A DNA stretch of 64,000 nucleotides. It comes from an uncultured archaeon. GTDB taxonomy: Archaea; Altiarchaeota; Altiarchaeia; IMC4; SCGC-AAA252-I15. The translations under genes and the position numbers were made by a program. Where the stretch lies: positions 64,001-128,000 of the forward strand of contig CABMCB010000071.1 in assembly GCA_902384455.1 (NCBI GenBank), read 5' to 3'. The notes beneath the pieces are model-generated. The model did no database searches, was not told the DNA's origin, and was given only the letters and a program-made list of their open reading frames with translations. Below are positions 1 through 10,068 of this stretch, piece after piece; within the stretch, counting starts at the first letter, position 1, and each line of letters opens with the position of its first letter.

Positions 1-809
1 ATTGTGGGGCGTCGTCCTACTGCGACCAGCACTGCGTCTGCTTGTAGAGTTTCTTTTCCGGCGGGCGTTTCGATTGTTATCGTCCGGGATTTTGTGTTTA
101 TTGATTCTGCTTTGGTTGATGTGAGGATTCTTATTCCGTCTCTGGTCATCTGTCTGGTTGCTTCCTTTGAGATGTCTGGGTCGAGGGTGGGCAGTATTGT
201 TGGGAGTGATTCTATGATTGTTGTGTTTGTTCCGAGTGAGTTTAGTATGCTTGCGAATTCGCAGCCGATGACTCCTCCGCCTATTATGGCGAGTTTTTGC
301 GGTTGGGTTTCGTTTGCAAGTAAGCTTCGGCTGTCGTGTATGAATGTGCCGTCTGGTGCGAATCCGGGAGGAAATATGGAGTGGGCTCCCCACGCGATTA
401 TGATGTTTTTTGCTGTTATTTCGGCGGGCTTTTCTCCTTCAACTCGGACTTGTGTCGGAGATACTGGAACGCCTTTTCCGCGTATTATGTCGACGCCGTA
501 TGTTCTGAGCAGGTTTTCAGTGCCCGTTGCAAGTGTGGCGACGACCTGATTCTTCCTTTTGATGAGCGCCCTGTAGTCGACCGTTGCTTCAGCGGTTATT
601 CCGAAGCGACGGGATTTCTTGTCCAAGTCTTTCTTGATGTGCGCCGCTGCCTGAAGGGTCTTGGTCGGTATGCATCCGTGGTTGGTGCATTCGCCACCTA
701 CACCTTCCGCTTCGACTACTGCAGCGCTTCCTCCGTTTTGAGCTACTCGGAGTGCGGTCATGTATCCGCCCGGTCCGCCTCCAAGCGATATGGCGTCGTA
801 TGTCTTCAT
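1..809 (-). CDS. lpdA: Dihydrolipoamide dehydrogenase (GCS L protein), 3'-truncated by window edge
   Basis: Not in the ORF track. Manual translation from ATG at 809 gives MKTYDAISLGGGPGGYMTALRVAQ...GVGGECTNHGCIPTK, with the GxGxxG FAD motif and the redox disulfide motif CxxxGC. ATGA overlap with the lplA stop. Confidence 0.93.
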   Translation of the reverse strand, partial: MKTYDAISLGGGPGGYMTALRVAQNGGSAAVVEAEGVGGECTNHGCIPTKTLQAAAHIKKDLDKKSRRFGITAEATVDYRALIKRKNQVVATLATGTENLLRTYGVDIIRGKGVPVSPTQVRVEGEKPAEITAKNIIIAWGAHSIFPPGFAPDGTFIHDSRSLLANETQPQKLAIIGGGVIGCEFASILNSLGTNTTIIESLPTILPTLDPDISKEATRQMTRDGIRILTSTKAESINTKSRTITIETPAGKETLQADAVLVAVGRRPT

Positions 810-1567
810 CTTTTGTTGTTCCATGCGTCTGAACTGTATTTTGCTTGCAGTTCTGCAGTCTCTTCTTTTTCCTGCTGCGTTAGTGATCCTTCCGTTAATG
901 TGATGTGTAGTGCTTCTTCGAATCCTTTTTTGAGGGCTTTTTGCGTTTCGTCGAATTTGACGTCGCGCTTGAGGATTTCGCTTGCGCTTGTGACTCTTTG
1001 TTTGACGTCTTGTATCACCCTTCCTTTTTGCTTTTCGTTGGGCACTAGCAGTACTTTGAACATCTCGTCTACGTCAACATTCAGGAGTACTGTGCCGTGT
1101 TGAAGCAGCACGTTTTTTCTGCGGGTCTGGGCGTTTCCGCTGATCTTCTTCCCGTTTGTGATGATGTCGTTTAATGGCGCAAACTCCGAATTAATGCCCA
1201 AGTGCGTAAGTCCTTTCGTAAGCCCCTGGCATATCAGACGGTAGCTTTCCAGAATGTTTTTTGGTGTTATGGGGTGCGCTTCAGGTACGTGTACGCTGTA
1301 CGTCACCTCCTCCTTGTGGTAGACTGCTCCTCCGCCAGTCATCCTTCTTACGACGTCAACACCCAGTTGCCTGCACAGGCGGACATCCACTTCTGCCGCT
1401 AGGCTCTGGAAGTACCCTACCGTGACGCAAGGCGGATTCCAGCCGTAAAGGCGAAGTGTAGGCGGGCTTTTTCCCTCGCTCACCGAGTTCAGCACCGCCT
1501 CGTCAAGGGCCATGTTGTATGGGCCCCACTGGAAGCCTGTAAGAAGCAGCCTCCACTTCTCTTTCAT
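806..1567 (-). CDS. lplA: Lipoate-protein ligase A family, catalytic subunit (LplA-N / LipM-like)
   Basis: NMALDEA, RRMTGGGAVYH and KKISGNAQ..LQHGT motifs; located in the gcv operon. Confidence 0.9.
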   Translation of the reverse strand: MKEKWRLLLTGFQWGPYNMALDEAVLNSVSEGKSPPTLRLYGWNPPCVTVGYFQSLAAEVDVRLCRQLGVDVVRRMTGGGAVYHKEEVTYSVHVPEAHPITPKNILESYRLICQGLTKGLTHLGINSEFAPLNDIITNGKKISGNAQTRRKNVLLQHGTVLLNVDVDEMFKVLLVPNEKQKGRVIQDVKQRVTSASEILKRDVKFDETQKALKKGFEEALHITLTEGSLTQQEKEETAELQAKYSSDAWNNKR

Positions 1568-1839
1568 TCGGCGGCCTCCGCTGCTGAGGCGATTAGTTCT
1601 TCGGGGGTTATGCCGTAGAATTCGACCGGGTGTTTTTTAAGCAGTTCGCGTATTTTTGTGGCGACGTCTTTGGTGGGGCATCCTATGAGTTCGGCTTCTA
1701 GTTGTTCGACGGCTTCTTCCGGGTGGGCGAAGTAGTCGCCGGTGAATTTTATTGAGATTATTTTTCCTCCGTCTGTGCGGGCTATAGTCCTAAGTAGTTT
1801 GCCTCCGGGAGATTTGCGAAGTACTGCGTTTTCTTTCAT
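1564..1839 (-). CDS. lplB: Lipoate-protein ligase accessory subunit (LplB, stand-alone C-terminal domain)
   Basis: KSPGGKLL...IKFTGDYFAHPEEAVEQLE..L.G; overlaps the lplA start. Confidence 0.8.
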   Translation of the reverse strand: MKENAVLRKSPGGKLLRTIARTDGGKIISIKFTGDYFAHPEEAVEQLEAELIGCPTKDVATKIRELLKKHPVEFYGITPEELIASAAEAAE

Positions 1840-1881
1840 GGGGTGCCGGTTCTTTACCCCATTTTGTCGTCTCCGCTTAAA

Positions 1882-2751
1882 TCAGAGTTTTCTCGCCGAC
1901 AGGTAAGATTCGCGGGCACGGTAGCTTGTGCGGGCCAGCGGGTGAGCTACTACAATGGGGAATCCCATGTCGCACGCTTTTTTTCTGAGGGCTTCGAATT
2001 TTTCCGGGTGGACGTACTCCTTAACCGGAAGGTTGCTGGGTGTGGGCTGCATGTACTGCGTCAAAACTAGTATGTCGCATCCGGCAGCCCGTAAGTCGCG
2101 TAGGGCCGCTGTTATTTCCTCGTCTGTTTCTCCTACGCCGAGCATTAGGCTGCTTTTGGTGAGGGTGTTTGGGGAATTTTTTTTGGCGTTCTCTAGTGTT
2201 TCTAGGCTTTTGGTGTAGCAGAAGCGGGGGTCGCGCACCAGAGGCGTCAGACGCTGGATGACTTCTATGTTGTGGGCGAGGACGTCTACTTTGGCGTCAA
2301 GCATTTTTTTGATGCCGTTCTCGTCGAAGTCGGGAATCAATGCTTCTACGGGGACGTTCGGGAGTTTCTTTTTCACTGCTGCGACGCATGCGGCAAAGTG
2401 TTCTGCTCCGCCGTCCGGCAGGTCGTCGCGGGTGACGCTTGTGAGAACTACATATGAGAGGCCGAGTTTTTTTGCGGCTTCAGCTATTCTTTCCGGTTCT
2501 TTTGTGTCGAGGGGGTTTCCTTTTAGTGATGTTTTGACTGCGCAGAATCTGCAGCCTCGAGTGCACACGTCTCCCAACACCATAAAGGTAGCGGTCCCTG
2601 CATTCCAGCATTCGCCTCTGTTGGGGCATTTGGCTTCCAGGCAGACTGTGGTAAGTTGAAGGTGGTTTAGGATGTTGGAGACGGCCGCGTATTTTTCTCC
2701 TCCGGGTAGTGGGGCTTTAAGCCAGGCGGGTTTTCTTTCTGGGGGATTCAT
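1882..2751 (-). CDS. lipA: Lipoyl synthase (radical SAM)
   Basis: RKPAWLK, CLEAKCPNRGEC (CX4CX5C), CTRGCRFC (CX3CX2C), C-terminal RTSY. Confidence 0.96.
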   Translation of the reverse strand: MNPPERKPAWLKAPLPGGEKYAAVSNILNHLQLTTVCLEAKCPNRGECWNAGTATFMVLGDVCTRGCRFCAVKTSLKGNPLDTKEPERIAEAAKKLGLSYVVLTSVTRDDLPDGGAEHFAACVAAVKKKLPNVPVEALIPDFDENGIKKMLDAKVDVLAHNIEVIQRLTPLVRDPRFCYTKSLETLENAKKNSPNTLTKSSLMLGVGETDEEITAALRDLRAAGCDILVLTQYMQPTPSNLPVKEYVHPEKFEALRKKACDMGFPIVVAHPLARTSYRARESYLSARKL

Positions 2752-2756
2752 TTGGT

Positions 2757-4205
2757 TTATCCGCCGTTTTTCTTTGGGGTCCAGCGTAGTACGGGGTTTC
2801 TTGCGGCTTGTGTTTCGTTTAGTCGTCTTACTGGCGTGTTGTGTGGGGCTGTTTTGATTTTTTCGGGGTTTGTTTTGGCTTCCTGCCTGATTTTTAGGAG
2901 GAGTTCTGCGTATGCGTCGAGGGTGTCTTTGTTTTCTGTTTCAGTTGGCTCTATCATCAAAGCTTCTGGGACTATGAGGGGGAAGTATATTGTGGGCGCA
3001 TGTACGCCGTAGTCGAGGAGGCTTTTGGCCACGTCCAGCGTGTGCACTCCGGTTTCGTCTGCGAGTGGTTTGCCTGTAAGTACGACTTCGTGCATGCATG
3101 TGCGGTCTATTGCGGGGGGGTAATCCTTTAGTTTGACGCGCATGTAGTTGGCGGACAACACCGCCTGCTCAGACATCCTCTTTAGTCCCCGTCCGCCGAG
3201 GCTTCTCATGTAGGCGTAGGCGCGAACCATCACGCCGAAGTTTCCGAAGTAGCTTCTGACGCGGCCTATGCTTTTTTCGCGGTTGTAGTCAAGCCGTATT
3301 CTGCCTCCTTTTTTCACAAGTATTGGCGCGGGCAGGTACGGTTCAAGGTCTTTGGTGACGCCTACCGGTCCTGAGCCGGGTCCTCCTGAGCCGTGGGGTG
3401 TTGCGAATGTTTTGTGTAAGTTTATGTGCAGGACGTCGAAACCCAAGTCGGCTGGGCGCGTTATCCCCACTATGGCGTTAAGGTTGGCTCCGTCTCCGTA
3501 GACGTATCCGCCCGCGTCGTGGATAATTTTAGTGACCTGAAGTATGTTCTCCTCAAACAGCCCCAGCGTAGAAGGGTTGGTGAGCATCAAAGCGGCCGTG
3601 CGGTCGTCGGCTTCCGCGGCAAGAAGGTCCAATGAAATGTTTCCTCTGCCGTCGCTTGGAATCTCGACTATCTCAAACCCTAAGGCTGCGGCTGAAGCCG
3701 GGTTTGTTCCGTGGGCACTGTCTGGGATTAGTATTCTGTTTCGGCGCGTCTCATTTTTGTCTTTGAGTGCGGCTTTGATTATGAGCAGTCCCGTGAGTTC
3801 TCCGTGCGCTCCTGCGGCCGGTTGCAGTGTGAATGCGGGGAATCCTGTTATTTCGGAGAGCATTGTTGAGAGCGTGTACATTAGGCGCATGGCTCCTTGG
3901 GTTTCATCTTCCTCCTGTAGGGGGTGCAGGCGGAGGAATCCTTCTTGGTTTGCCGCGTCTTCGTTTATTTTGGGGTTGTACTTCATTGTGCAGCTTCCAA
4001 GAGGGTAGAATCCTTTGTCTACGTTATAGTTTCGGGAAGCAAGCTCTGTGAAATGGCGCACCACGTCAACTTCGCCAAGTTCGGGAAGATGAAGCGACTT
4101 CCTTAAAGCCTCCTTAGGCAGGGCAATCGGTTCACCTGCCGTGCCGCGCGGAGGTATGACTCCTCGTCTGCCGTTCCTGCTTTTTTCAAATATGAGATTT
4201 GTCAT
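2757..4205 (-). CDS. gcvPB: Glycine dehydrogenase (decarboxylating) subunit 2
   Basis: YPLGSCTMKYNP, SAHGTNPAS, PLP-lysine motif NLHKTF, EPTETE. Confidence 0.96.
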   Translation of the reverse strand: MTNLIFEKSRNGRRGVIPPRGTAGEPIALPKEALRKSLHLPELGEVDVVRHFTELASRNYNVDKGFYPLGSCTMKYNPKINEDAANQEGFLRLHPLQEEDETQGAMRLMYTLSTMLSEITGFPAFTLQPAAGAHGELTGLLIIKAALKDKNETRRNRILIPDSAHGTNPASAAALGFEIVEIPSDGRGNISLDLLAAEADDRTAALMLTNPSTLGLFEENILQVTKIIHDAGGYVYGDGANLNAIVGITRPADLGFDVLHINLHKTFATPHGSGGPGSGPVGVTKDLEPYLPAPILVKKGGRIRLDYNREKSIGRVRSYFGNFGVMVRAYAYMRSLGGRGLKRMSEQAVLSANYMRVKLKDYPPAIDRTCMHEVVLTGKPLADETGVHTLDVAKSLLDYGVHAPTIYFPLIVPEALMIEPTETENKDTLDAYAELLLKIRQEAKTNPEKIKTAPHNTPVRRLNETQAARNPVLRWTPKKNGG

Positions 4206-5527
4206 TTTGCCGCCTCCGTTGCCGCTTCTATGTAGGAGTCCAAGTCTCCTTTAGTGTGGAGCTCAGTCGTTGCAACAAGCAGTCCTCGCGGGTACTCCTT
4301 TTGGGCTATGGGCAGCCCCGGCTGGAATCCTGCTTCAGTCAGGCGTTCCAGTGCGCCCTTAGGCGGAGTAAGAATGAATTCATTGTAGAACGGGCGGTTG
4401 AAAGGCGCCTCCCAACCAGCCTTCTCAATGAGGTTGCGGCGTAAGTAAACAGCGTTCCTGTGGCTTGACTCCGCCACATGCCTGAAACCTTTAGTCCCCA
4501 AAAGAGCAAGGTGCGCGACAGCCTGGATGGCCATGAGGCTCTGGCTTGTGCAGATGTTGCTTAATGCTTTCTCCCTTCTTATGTGCTGTTCTCTCGCCTG
4601 CAGCGTTAGCACGTATGCTCGTTTTCCGTCCGCATCCACCGTCTCCCCCACGAGCCTTCCGGGCATCTGCCGGACAAAGCTCATCTTCGTGGTGAGGAAT
4701 CCGAAGTGCGGACCGCCGAAATTCAAAGGTAAGCCTAAAGTCTGTCCTTCCCCCGCGACTATGTCCGCTTCTGTCGGCGGCGCAAGAAGTCCCATGCTTG
4801 TGGCCTCAAGCACGCTGACGATAAGCAGCGCGCCTTTTTCGTGCGCTATTTTGGATATTTGCTGGACGTCTTCCGTGTGGCCTAGGAAGTTGGGGTGCTG
4901 GATTACTATTGCGCCTGTTTGGGGCGTGATTGCGTTTGCTATTGTTTGCGGGTTTGTGGCTCCGTCTTTTAGGGGTATTTCCGTGACCGGGTGGTTTGTG
5001 TTTGCGCCGTATGTGGAAAGGACTCCTCTGACGTGGGGGTGGACTCCCTGTGAGACGAGTATCTGCGGTCTTTGTGCGATGCGGGTGGCCATGAGGGCTG
5101 CTTCTGTTGTGGCTGTGGAGCCGTCGTACAGTGTGGCGTTGCTTACTTCCTGGCCTGTTAGTTCGCACATCAGCGTCTGGTATTCGAATAGGGCTTGGAG
5201 TGTTCCTTGGCTGACTTCCGCTTGGTAGGGTGTGTAGGCGGTTAGGAATGCGGGTTGTTGGGCTAGTTTGGGTGCGGCGGACGGGATGAAGTGGCGGTAA
5301 AGTCCTGCTCCCAGAAAGCAGCGGCCGTCTGCGGGTATTGTGCCGTCTTCCGCGAGAGTTTTTATGTGTGCTATTAGTTCGTATTCGGTTAGTGCTGGTG
5401 GGAGTTTGATGTCTTTTGTGAGTCGGGCTGATTCGGGTATGTCTTTGAATAGTTCCAGAGTTGAGTGGATGCCCACTGCCTTTAGCATCGCCGCCTTTTC
5501 TTCTATGCTTACTGGAACGTATGTCAT
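4202..5527 (-). CDS. gcvPA: Glycine dehydrogenase (decarboxylating) subunit 1
   Basis: FLTAYTPYQAEVSQGTLQ, FGGP, REQHIRREKALSNICT. Confidence 0.96.
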   Translation of the reverse strand: MTYVPVSIEEKAAMLKAVGIHSTLELFKDIPESARLTKDIKLPPALTEYELIAHIKTLAEDGTIPADGRCFLGAGLYRHFIPSAAPKLAQQPAFLTAYTPYQAEVSQGTLQALFEYQTLMCELTGQEVSNATLYDGSTATTEAALMATRIAQRPQILVSQGVHPHVRGVLSTYGANTNHPVTEIPLKDGATNPQTIANAITPQTGAIVIQHPNFLGHTEDVQQISKIAHEKGALLIVSVLEATSMGLLAPPTEADIVAGEGQTLGLPLNFGGPHFGFLTTKMSFVRQMPGRLVGETVDADGKRAYVLTLQAREQHIRREKALSNICTSQSLMAIQAVAHLALLGTKGFRHVAESSHRNAVYLRRNLIEKAGWEAPFNRPFYNEFILTPPKGALERLTEAGFQPGLPIAQKEYPRGLLVATTELHTKGDLDSYIEAATEAAK

Positions 5528-5534
5528 TGCTGTT

Positions 5535-5924
5535 TCAGTGTTTTCCTGAGGCGGTGTGTTTTTGGTAGTCTGCGGCGTTCATCAGCCGGTTCAGTTCGTT
5601 TTTGTCTGAGGGCTTTATCTTAAGTATCCACCCTTTTCCGTAGGGGTCTTTGTTGATTAATTCCGGGGTGTCAATTAAGTCCTCGTTTATTTCGGCGACT
5701 TCCCCTGAGGCGGGGGCGTATATGTCGCTCACTGATTTCACCGACTCAACGACAGCCGCGGCCTTTCCTTGCATTGTTTTTGCGCCTATTTTTGGCAGTT
5801 CTACGAATACGACGTCGCCTAGGGCGTTTTGCGCAAAATCAGTGATTCCGACTGTTACGAGGTCTTTTTCCTCTTTCGCCCACTCATGGTCCTTGCTGTA
5901 TTTTAGGGTTTCCGGTGTTTTCAT
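5535..5924 (-). CDS. gcvH: Glycine cleavage system H protein
   Basis: HEW, GITDFAQ..LGDVVFVELP, lipoyl-Lys motif VESVKSVSD, DPYGKGW. Confidence 0.97.
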   Translation of the reverse strand: MKTPETLKYSKDHEWAKEEKDLVTVGITDFAQNALGDVVFVELPKIGAKTMQGKAAAVVESVKSVSDIYAPASGEVAEINEDLIDTPELINKDPYGKGWILKIKPSDKNELNRLMNAADYQKHTASGKH

Positions 5925-5928
5925 TTCC

Positions 5929-7038
5929 TTACCTCTTTCTTTTGTAAAACGGTATTTCGACTACTTCTGCGGATACTTCCTTCCCGCGTATGACTACCTT
6001 AAGGGGTGTTCCAATGTTTGCGTACTCTGTCGGGACGTAGCCTAAACCGATTCCTTCGCTTAATGTGGGGCTGAAAGTTCCGCTTGTGACGTCGCCAATT
6101 TTTTCCCCGTTGCCAGTTATTTCGTAGCCGTGGCGGGGTATGCCGCGCTCGGTCATACTGAAGCCCACAAGCTTCTTCCTTACTCCTTGCTCTTTCTGCT
6201 TAAGTAGTATGTCCCTGCCGACGAAAACTGTCTTGTTGAGTTTCACAGTCCAGCCAATTGTCGCTTCAAGGGGTGTGGTCGCGTCGGTTATGTCGTTGCC
6301 GTAAAGCATTAAGGCGGCTTCAAGCCGCAGTGTGTCGCGCGCTCCAAGCCCGCAGGGAACAAGCCCGCTGGAGCTTCCGGCTTTTGTGAGCGCTTTCCAC
6401 ATGCTGGCAGTGTCTTTCTCTTCAACGAGCAGTTCGAATCCGTCTTCTCCCGTGTATCCAGTGCGCGAAACGGTCGTGTTTATGCCGGCGACTGTTACGT
6501 CGGGGATGAAGTGGAAGTATTTCAGCTGCGCAAGGTCTGCGGCAGTAAGCGTCGTAAGTATTTTTTCTGCGTTTGGCCCCTGCAGGGCGATTAGTCCGTA
6601 CTTGTCGCTTTCGTTTGTAAGCCGAACCCCTTTAGCGGGCAGGTGCTGTTTGGCCCAAGCAAAGTCTTTCTCTATGTTGGCGGCATTCACCACCATAAGA
6701 TACTTCTCATGGTTAAACCGGTATATGACGAGGTCATCAACTATTCCGCCCGTCGGACGGCACATGGGCGTGTAAAGGCAGCGGCCGTCCGTCATAGACG
6801 TCACGTCGTTTGTGACAAGGTTGTTGAGGTATGTTTCGGCGTCCGGGCCTTCTACTAGGAATTCTCCCATGTGGGATACGTCGAATAGTCCTGCGTGTGT
6901 TCTGACTGCGGTGTGTTCGGCTATGACCCCAGAGTACTCGACTGGCATCTCCCAGCCGCCGAAGTCCACCATTTTAGCCAAAAGCGCAACGTGGGTTTCG
7001 TATAGCGGCGTCCTCTTCAAAGCACCTTCAGCCATCAT
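5929..7038 (-). CDS. gcvT: Glycine cleavage system T protein (aminomethyltransferase)
   Basis: RTPLY, FDVSHMG, RTGYTGEDGFE, GLGARDTLRLEA. Confidence 0.97.
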   Translation of the reverse strand: MMAEGALKRTPLYETHVALLAKMVDFGGWEMPVEYSGVIAEHTAVRTHAGLFDVSHMGEFLVEGPDAETYLNNLVTNDVTSMTDGRCLYTPMCRPTGGIVDDLVIYRFNHEKYLMVVNAANIEKDFAWAKQHLPAKGVRLTNESDKYGLIALQGPNAEKILTTLTAADLAQLKYFHFIPDVTVAGINTTVSRTGYTGEDGFELLVEEKDTASMWKALTKAGSSSGLVPCGLGARDTLRLEAALMLYGNDITDATTPLEATIGWTVKLNKTVFVGRDILLKQKEQGVRKKLVGFSMTERGIPRHGYEITGNGEKIGDVTSGTFSPTLSEGIGLGYVPTEYANIGTPLKVVIRGKEVSAEVVEIPFYKRKR

Positions 7039-7129
7039 GCCACCCGAAACGTATTAGCCGAAGAACATTAAAAAGAAGCCGAGACCGGTTAGGCACGTTT
7101 TTTACGGGAAACCCACTAATTAATCCGCC

Positions 7130-7744
7130 ATGAGAGAAATCGTCAGCTTCGCAGTTGCGGTCGTTCTAGCATTCATATGCCTTATCTACGTTCAGGACCA
7201 TAGGCCGCAGCAGCCGTTTGGCGGTTTGCCTCATTCGGCTTCGACGACCACTACTACTATTCCTCCTCGCGCATCTAACCGTCAGCTTCTTGCGGACGGC
7301 GGGGATATGATATGCGCAGTTCAGGCGCAAGACGGAAGCCACCCCGTAATATATGTGTCTCAAGAAGACATCCGAGTGGAGTTTACGGCTCCCGACAACG
7401 AAGGGACATTAATCGAAATACTCCACAACGGCACAATGTACGTAAACAATCCCCCCTCACCGAACTGGATCTCATGGAGCATAAAAGACAAGGAGTCCTC
7501 AGTCGGGAAGCTGACCGGGCTGTACGACATGACAATAGACCGCGAGGAAATAACCCGACAGCTTGACCTTATGTCCTGCGAACGCGCAACACTTGACAAA
7601 ACACTTTTCACCCCGCCCAAAGACGCAAACATCACGCAAGTAATCAACCCCGAAGGAACCAGCGACTTATGCCAAATCTGCGATTACGCCCCAACACCCG
7701 CAGAAGCAGCCTCCTGCAAAGCCGAATGCGCAAACGGAGGCTAG
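7130..7744 (+). CDS. Hypothetical membrane-anchored/secreted protein
   Basis: N-terminal hydrophobic helix, Thr linker, LFTPP motif, C-terminal CxxC..CxxxC. Confidence 0.7.
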   Translation: MREIVSFAVAVVLAFICLIYVQDHRPQQPFGGLPHSASTTTTTIPPRASNRQLLADGGDMICAVQAQDGSHPVIYVSQEDIRVEFTAPDNEGTLIEILHNGTMYVNNPPSPNWISWSIKDKESSVGKLTGLYDMTIDREEITRQLDLMSCERATLDKTLFTPPKDANITQVINPEGTSDLCQICDYAPTPAEAASCKAECANGG

Positions 7745-7745
7745 A

Positions 7746-8411
7746 ATGCGCGTAGCATTCCACGTCCACACAACAAAATCAGACGGCACAGCAACACCAA
7801 AAGAAATGGTAGATGCCGCAGCCAAACTAGGCCTAGACGGAATGGTCATAACAGACCACGACTCCGTCTTAGGCGGACTGGAAGCTCAAAAAAACTGCCC
7901 GCATGGATTCCTCATAATAACAGGCGCTGAAGTAAGCTCTTCCGACGGCCACATACTCGCAGTCGACGTCAAAGAAAACATTCCACCCGGCCTTTCAGCC
8001 AAAGAAACAGTCGAAAAAATTCACGCGCTTGGAGGATTGGCCGTAGCACCTCACCCATACGACCTATACCGCGGAGGAGTAGGCGACTTAATCAAAACGG
8101 TCCCCTTCGACGCGGTAGAAACAATAAACGGCCACACGACGCTAAACCGGAAAAACCCGGCGAAAGCAGCGAAAGAAACAGGGCTGCCGACGATAGGCGG
8201 CCAAGACTCCCATACGACATACGAGTTAGACAACATTTTGATTGAGTACGAAGGAGACCTACGGCAGGCAATCAAGGAAAACCGCGTCCGAACAATCAAG
8301 CAGCCGCCATCCGTCATAATACCCCGCCACATACGCTACCTGATTATGCGCTGGAGGCACCCCAAAGAACGGCTGAAAACATTCATAAAACGACTAAGAA
8401 AGAAGGCGTGA
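7746..8411 (+). CDS. PHP-domain metal-dependent phosphoesterase
   Basis: HVHTTKSDG, ITDHD, GAEVS, AHPY-like, GQDSH motifs. Confidence 0.88.
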   Translation: MRVAFHVHTTKSDGTATPKEMVDAAAKLGLDGMVITDHDSVLGGLEAQKNCPHGFLIITGAEVSSSDGHILAVDVKENIPPGLSAKETVEKIHALGGLAVAPHPYDLYRGGVGDLIKTVPFDAVETINGHTTLNRKNPAKAAKETGLPTIGGQDSHTTYELDNILIEYEGDLRQAIKENRVRTIKQPPSVIIPRHIRYLIMRWRHPKERLKTFIKRLRKKA

Positions 8412-8468
8412 CGCCGTTACGCTTATATTTCCATAAGGCGATATTTCTTGGACACTGGTACATCTCAC

Positions 8469-9554
8469 ATGGACAAATTGCGAGTTGGAGTATTGGGGGC
8501 CACCGGAATGGTAGGTCAGAATTACTTGCGGCTTCTTGAGAATCACCCCTGGTTCGAGGTGGCGTACGTAGCCGCCTCTCCAAAAAGCGCAGGCAAACCC
8601 TACGCTGAGGCGGTAGCCGGCAGATGGAACCTCGACAAGCCCATTCCAGAAAAAGTCAAAGGCCTTATGGTTGAGGACGCCTCCAACATTGCGGCTGCTA
8701 AAGGCAAGGCGGACTTCGTTTTTTCCGCGCTTGATTTGCCCACAAAAGACGAGACTAAGGCATTGGAATTGGCGTACGCCAAAGAAGGATTCCCCGTGTT
8801 TTCCAACAGCAGCGCCAACCGGTGGACAGAAGACGTCCCAATGCTGATTCCAGAAATCAACCACGGCCACCTGAGTCTCATAGAGTCCCAGAAGAAGAAC
8901 CGCGGGTTCAGCAAGGGCTTTGTGGTAGTGAAACCCAACTGCTCGCTTCAGTCATACATTACGCCAATCCACGCTCTTGAGCAGAAGGGGCACAAAGTCG
9001 AACTGCTAGTCATAACGACCCTTCAGGCAGTTTCCGGCGCAGGATACCCCGGAGTGCCGTCGCTTGACATGGTAGACAACATCGTCCCCTACATCGGAGG
9101 CGAAGAAATAAAGACCGAAAAAGAGCCAAGCAAAATATTCGGTAAAATAGCCGCCGGAAAATGCGTCCCAGACGAATCAATCAAAATCACGTCCACATGC
9201 ACAAGAGTACCCGTCGTAGACGGCCACACAGCGTGCGTCACAATGAAGTTTAAGGGCGCAAAACCCTCCAAAGAGGAAATAATAAAAATATGGCGCGACT
9301 TCAAGTCCGCGCCTAAGGAGCTAAAGCTCACCTTCGCGCCCGAAAGACCCATAATCTACATTGAAGAAGAAAACCGGCCTCAACCGCGCAAAGACCGCGA
9401 CTCAGAGAAGGCAATGGCCGTCACATGCGGCCGCTTGAGGGATTGTCCGGTTTTCGACTACCGGTTCGTGGGGTTGTCTCACAATACTGTGCGCGGAGCT
9501 GCTGGAGGCGGAATACTCAACGCTGAGCTCGCCTATAAAAAGAATCTGCTTTAG
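8469..9554 (+). CDS. asd: Aspartate-semialdehyde dehydrogenase
   Basis: GATGMVGQ, PEIN, catalytic PNCS, QAVSGAG, LSHNTVRGAAGG. Start taken at ATG 8469 (MDKLRV). Confidence 0.95.
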   Translation: MDKLRVGVLGATGMVGQNYLRLLENHPWFEVAYVAASPKSAGKPYAEAVAGRWNLDKPIPEKVKGLMVEDASNIAAAKGKADFVFSALDLPTKDETKALELAYAKEGFPVFSNSSANRWTEDVPMLIPEINHGHLSLIESQKKNRGFSKGFVVVKPNCSLQSYITPIHALEQKGHKVELLVITTLQAVSGAGYPGVPSLDMVDNIVPYIGGEEIKTEKEPSKIFGKIAAGKCVPDESIKITSTCTRVPVVDGHTACVTMKFKGAKPSKEEIIKIWRDFKSAPKELKLTFAPERPIIYIEEENRPQPRKDRDSEKAMAVTCGRLRDCPVFDYRFVGLSHNTVRGAAGGGILNAELAYKKNLL

Positions 9555-10051
9555 GCGTTGGCAAGTTCGCGGAGGGTTTTGGGCCAAGCGTCCCCAAACT
9601 TATCTTTGAATTGCCGAGGGGCATTCGCGTATTCGTCTACTACCTGCGGCGGATTGCTGCCGGTGTAAGGCGCTGACCTGAATATGAATGCGACGTGAGT
9701 GCCTTCTGCAACATTCATTCCATTAATGAGGCATTTGGCAGCTTTCACGTAATCCCCCGGGTTGGGGTTGCTTTCATGAGATCCGGCTTCAAACGCTAAG
9801 ACGCCTGAACTCAGGAGTCCTACGACAAGTTGATTCACACGTCTTGAACTTACGCCATCTAGGAACCCGTGATGGGGTCCGGCGTGAACGATAGTGCCGT
9901 CTTCTCCGCTGGCGGGGTCAAAAGCGAAAACAAGAGGGTCCCTTAAGCCCTGACTGAATTCCGTGAACATCCTGCCGACTTCGGCAGAATCCATGACGTC
10001 GTTCCCCTCTAGGTACGTGCGGTCCCGCTGGGCTCTTGTCACTTCCGGCAT
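9551..10051 (-). CDS. Hypothetical (orphan) protein
   Basis: 166-aa ATG ORF that fills the gap and converges on asd; no motif recognised. Confidence 0.6.
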   Translation of the reverse strand: MPEVTRAQRDRTYLEGNDVMDSAEVGRMFTEFSQGLRDPLVFAFDPASGEDGTIVHAGPHHGFLDGVSSRRVNQLVVGLLSSGVLAFEAGSHESNPNPGDYVKAAKCLINGMNVAEGTHVAFIFRSAPYTGSNPPQVVDEYANAPRQFKDKFGDAWPKTLRELANA

Positions 10052-10068
10052 TTCATTAAAACACGCAG

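Noticed and set aside
4-1103. Plus-strand ORFs 4-549 and 336-1103
   Set aside because: Antisense to lpdA and lplA, which have clear catalytic motifs.
7039-7129. Glycine riboswitch before gcvT
   Set aside because: Only 91 bp of divergent intergenic DNA, a TATA about 28 nt from the ATG, and no GGAGA/GAAG aptamer motifs.
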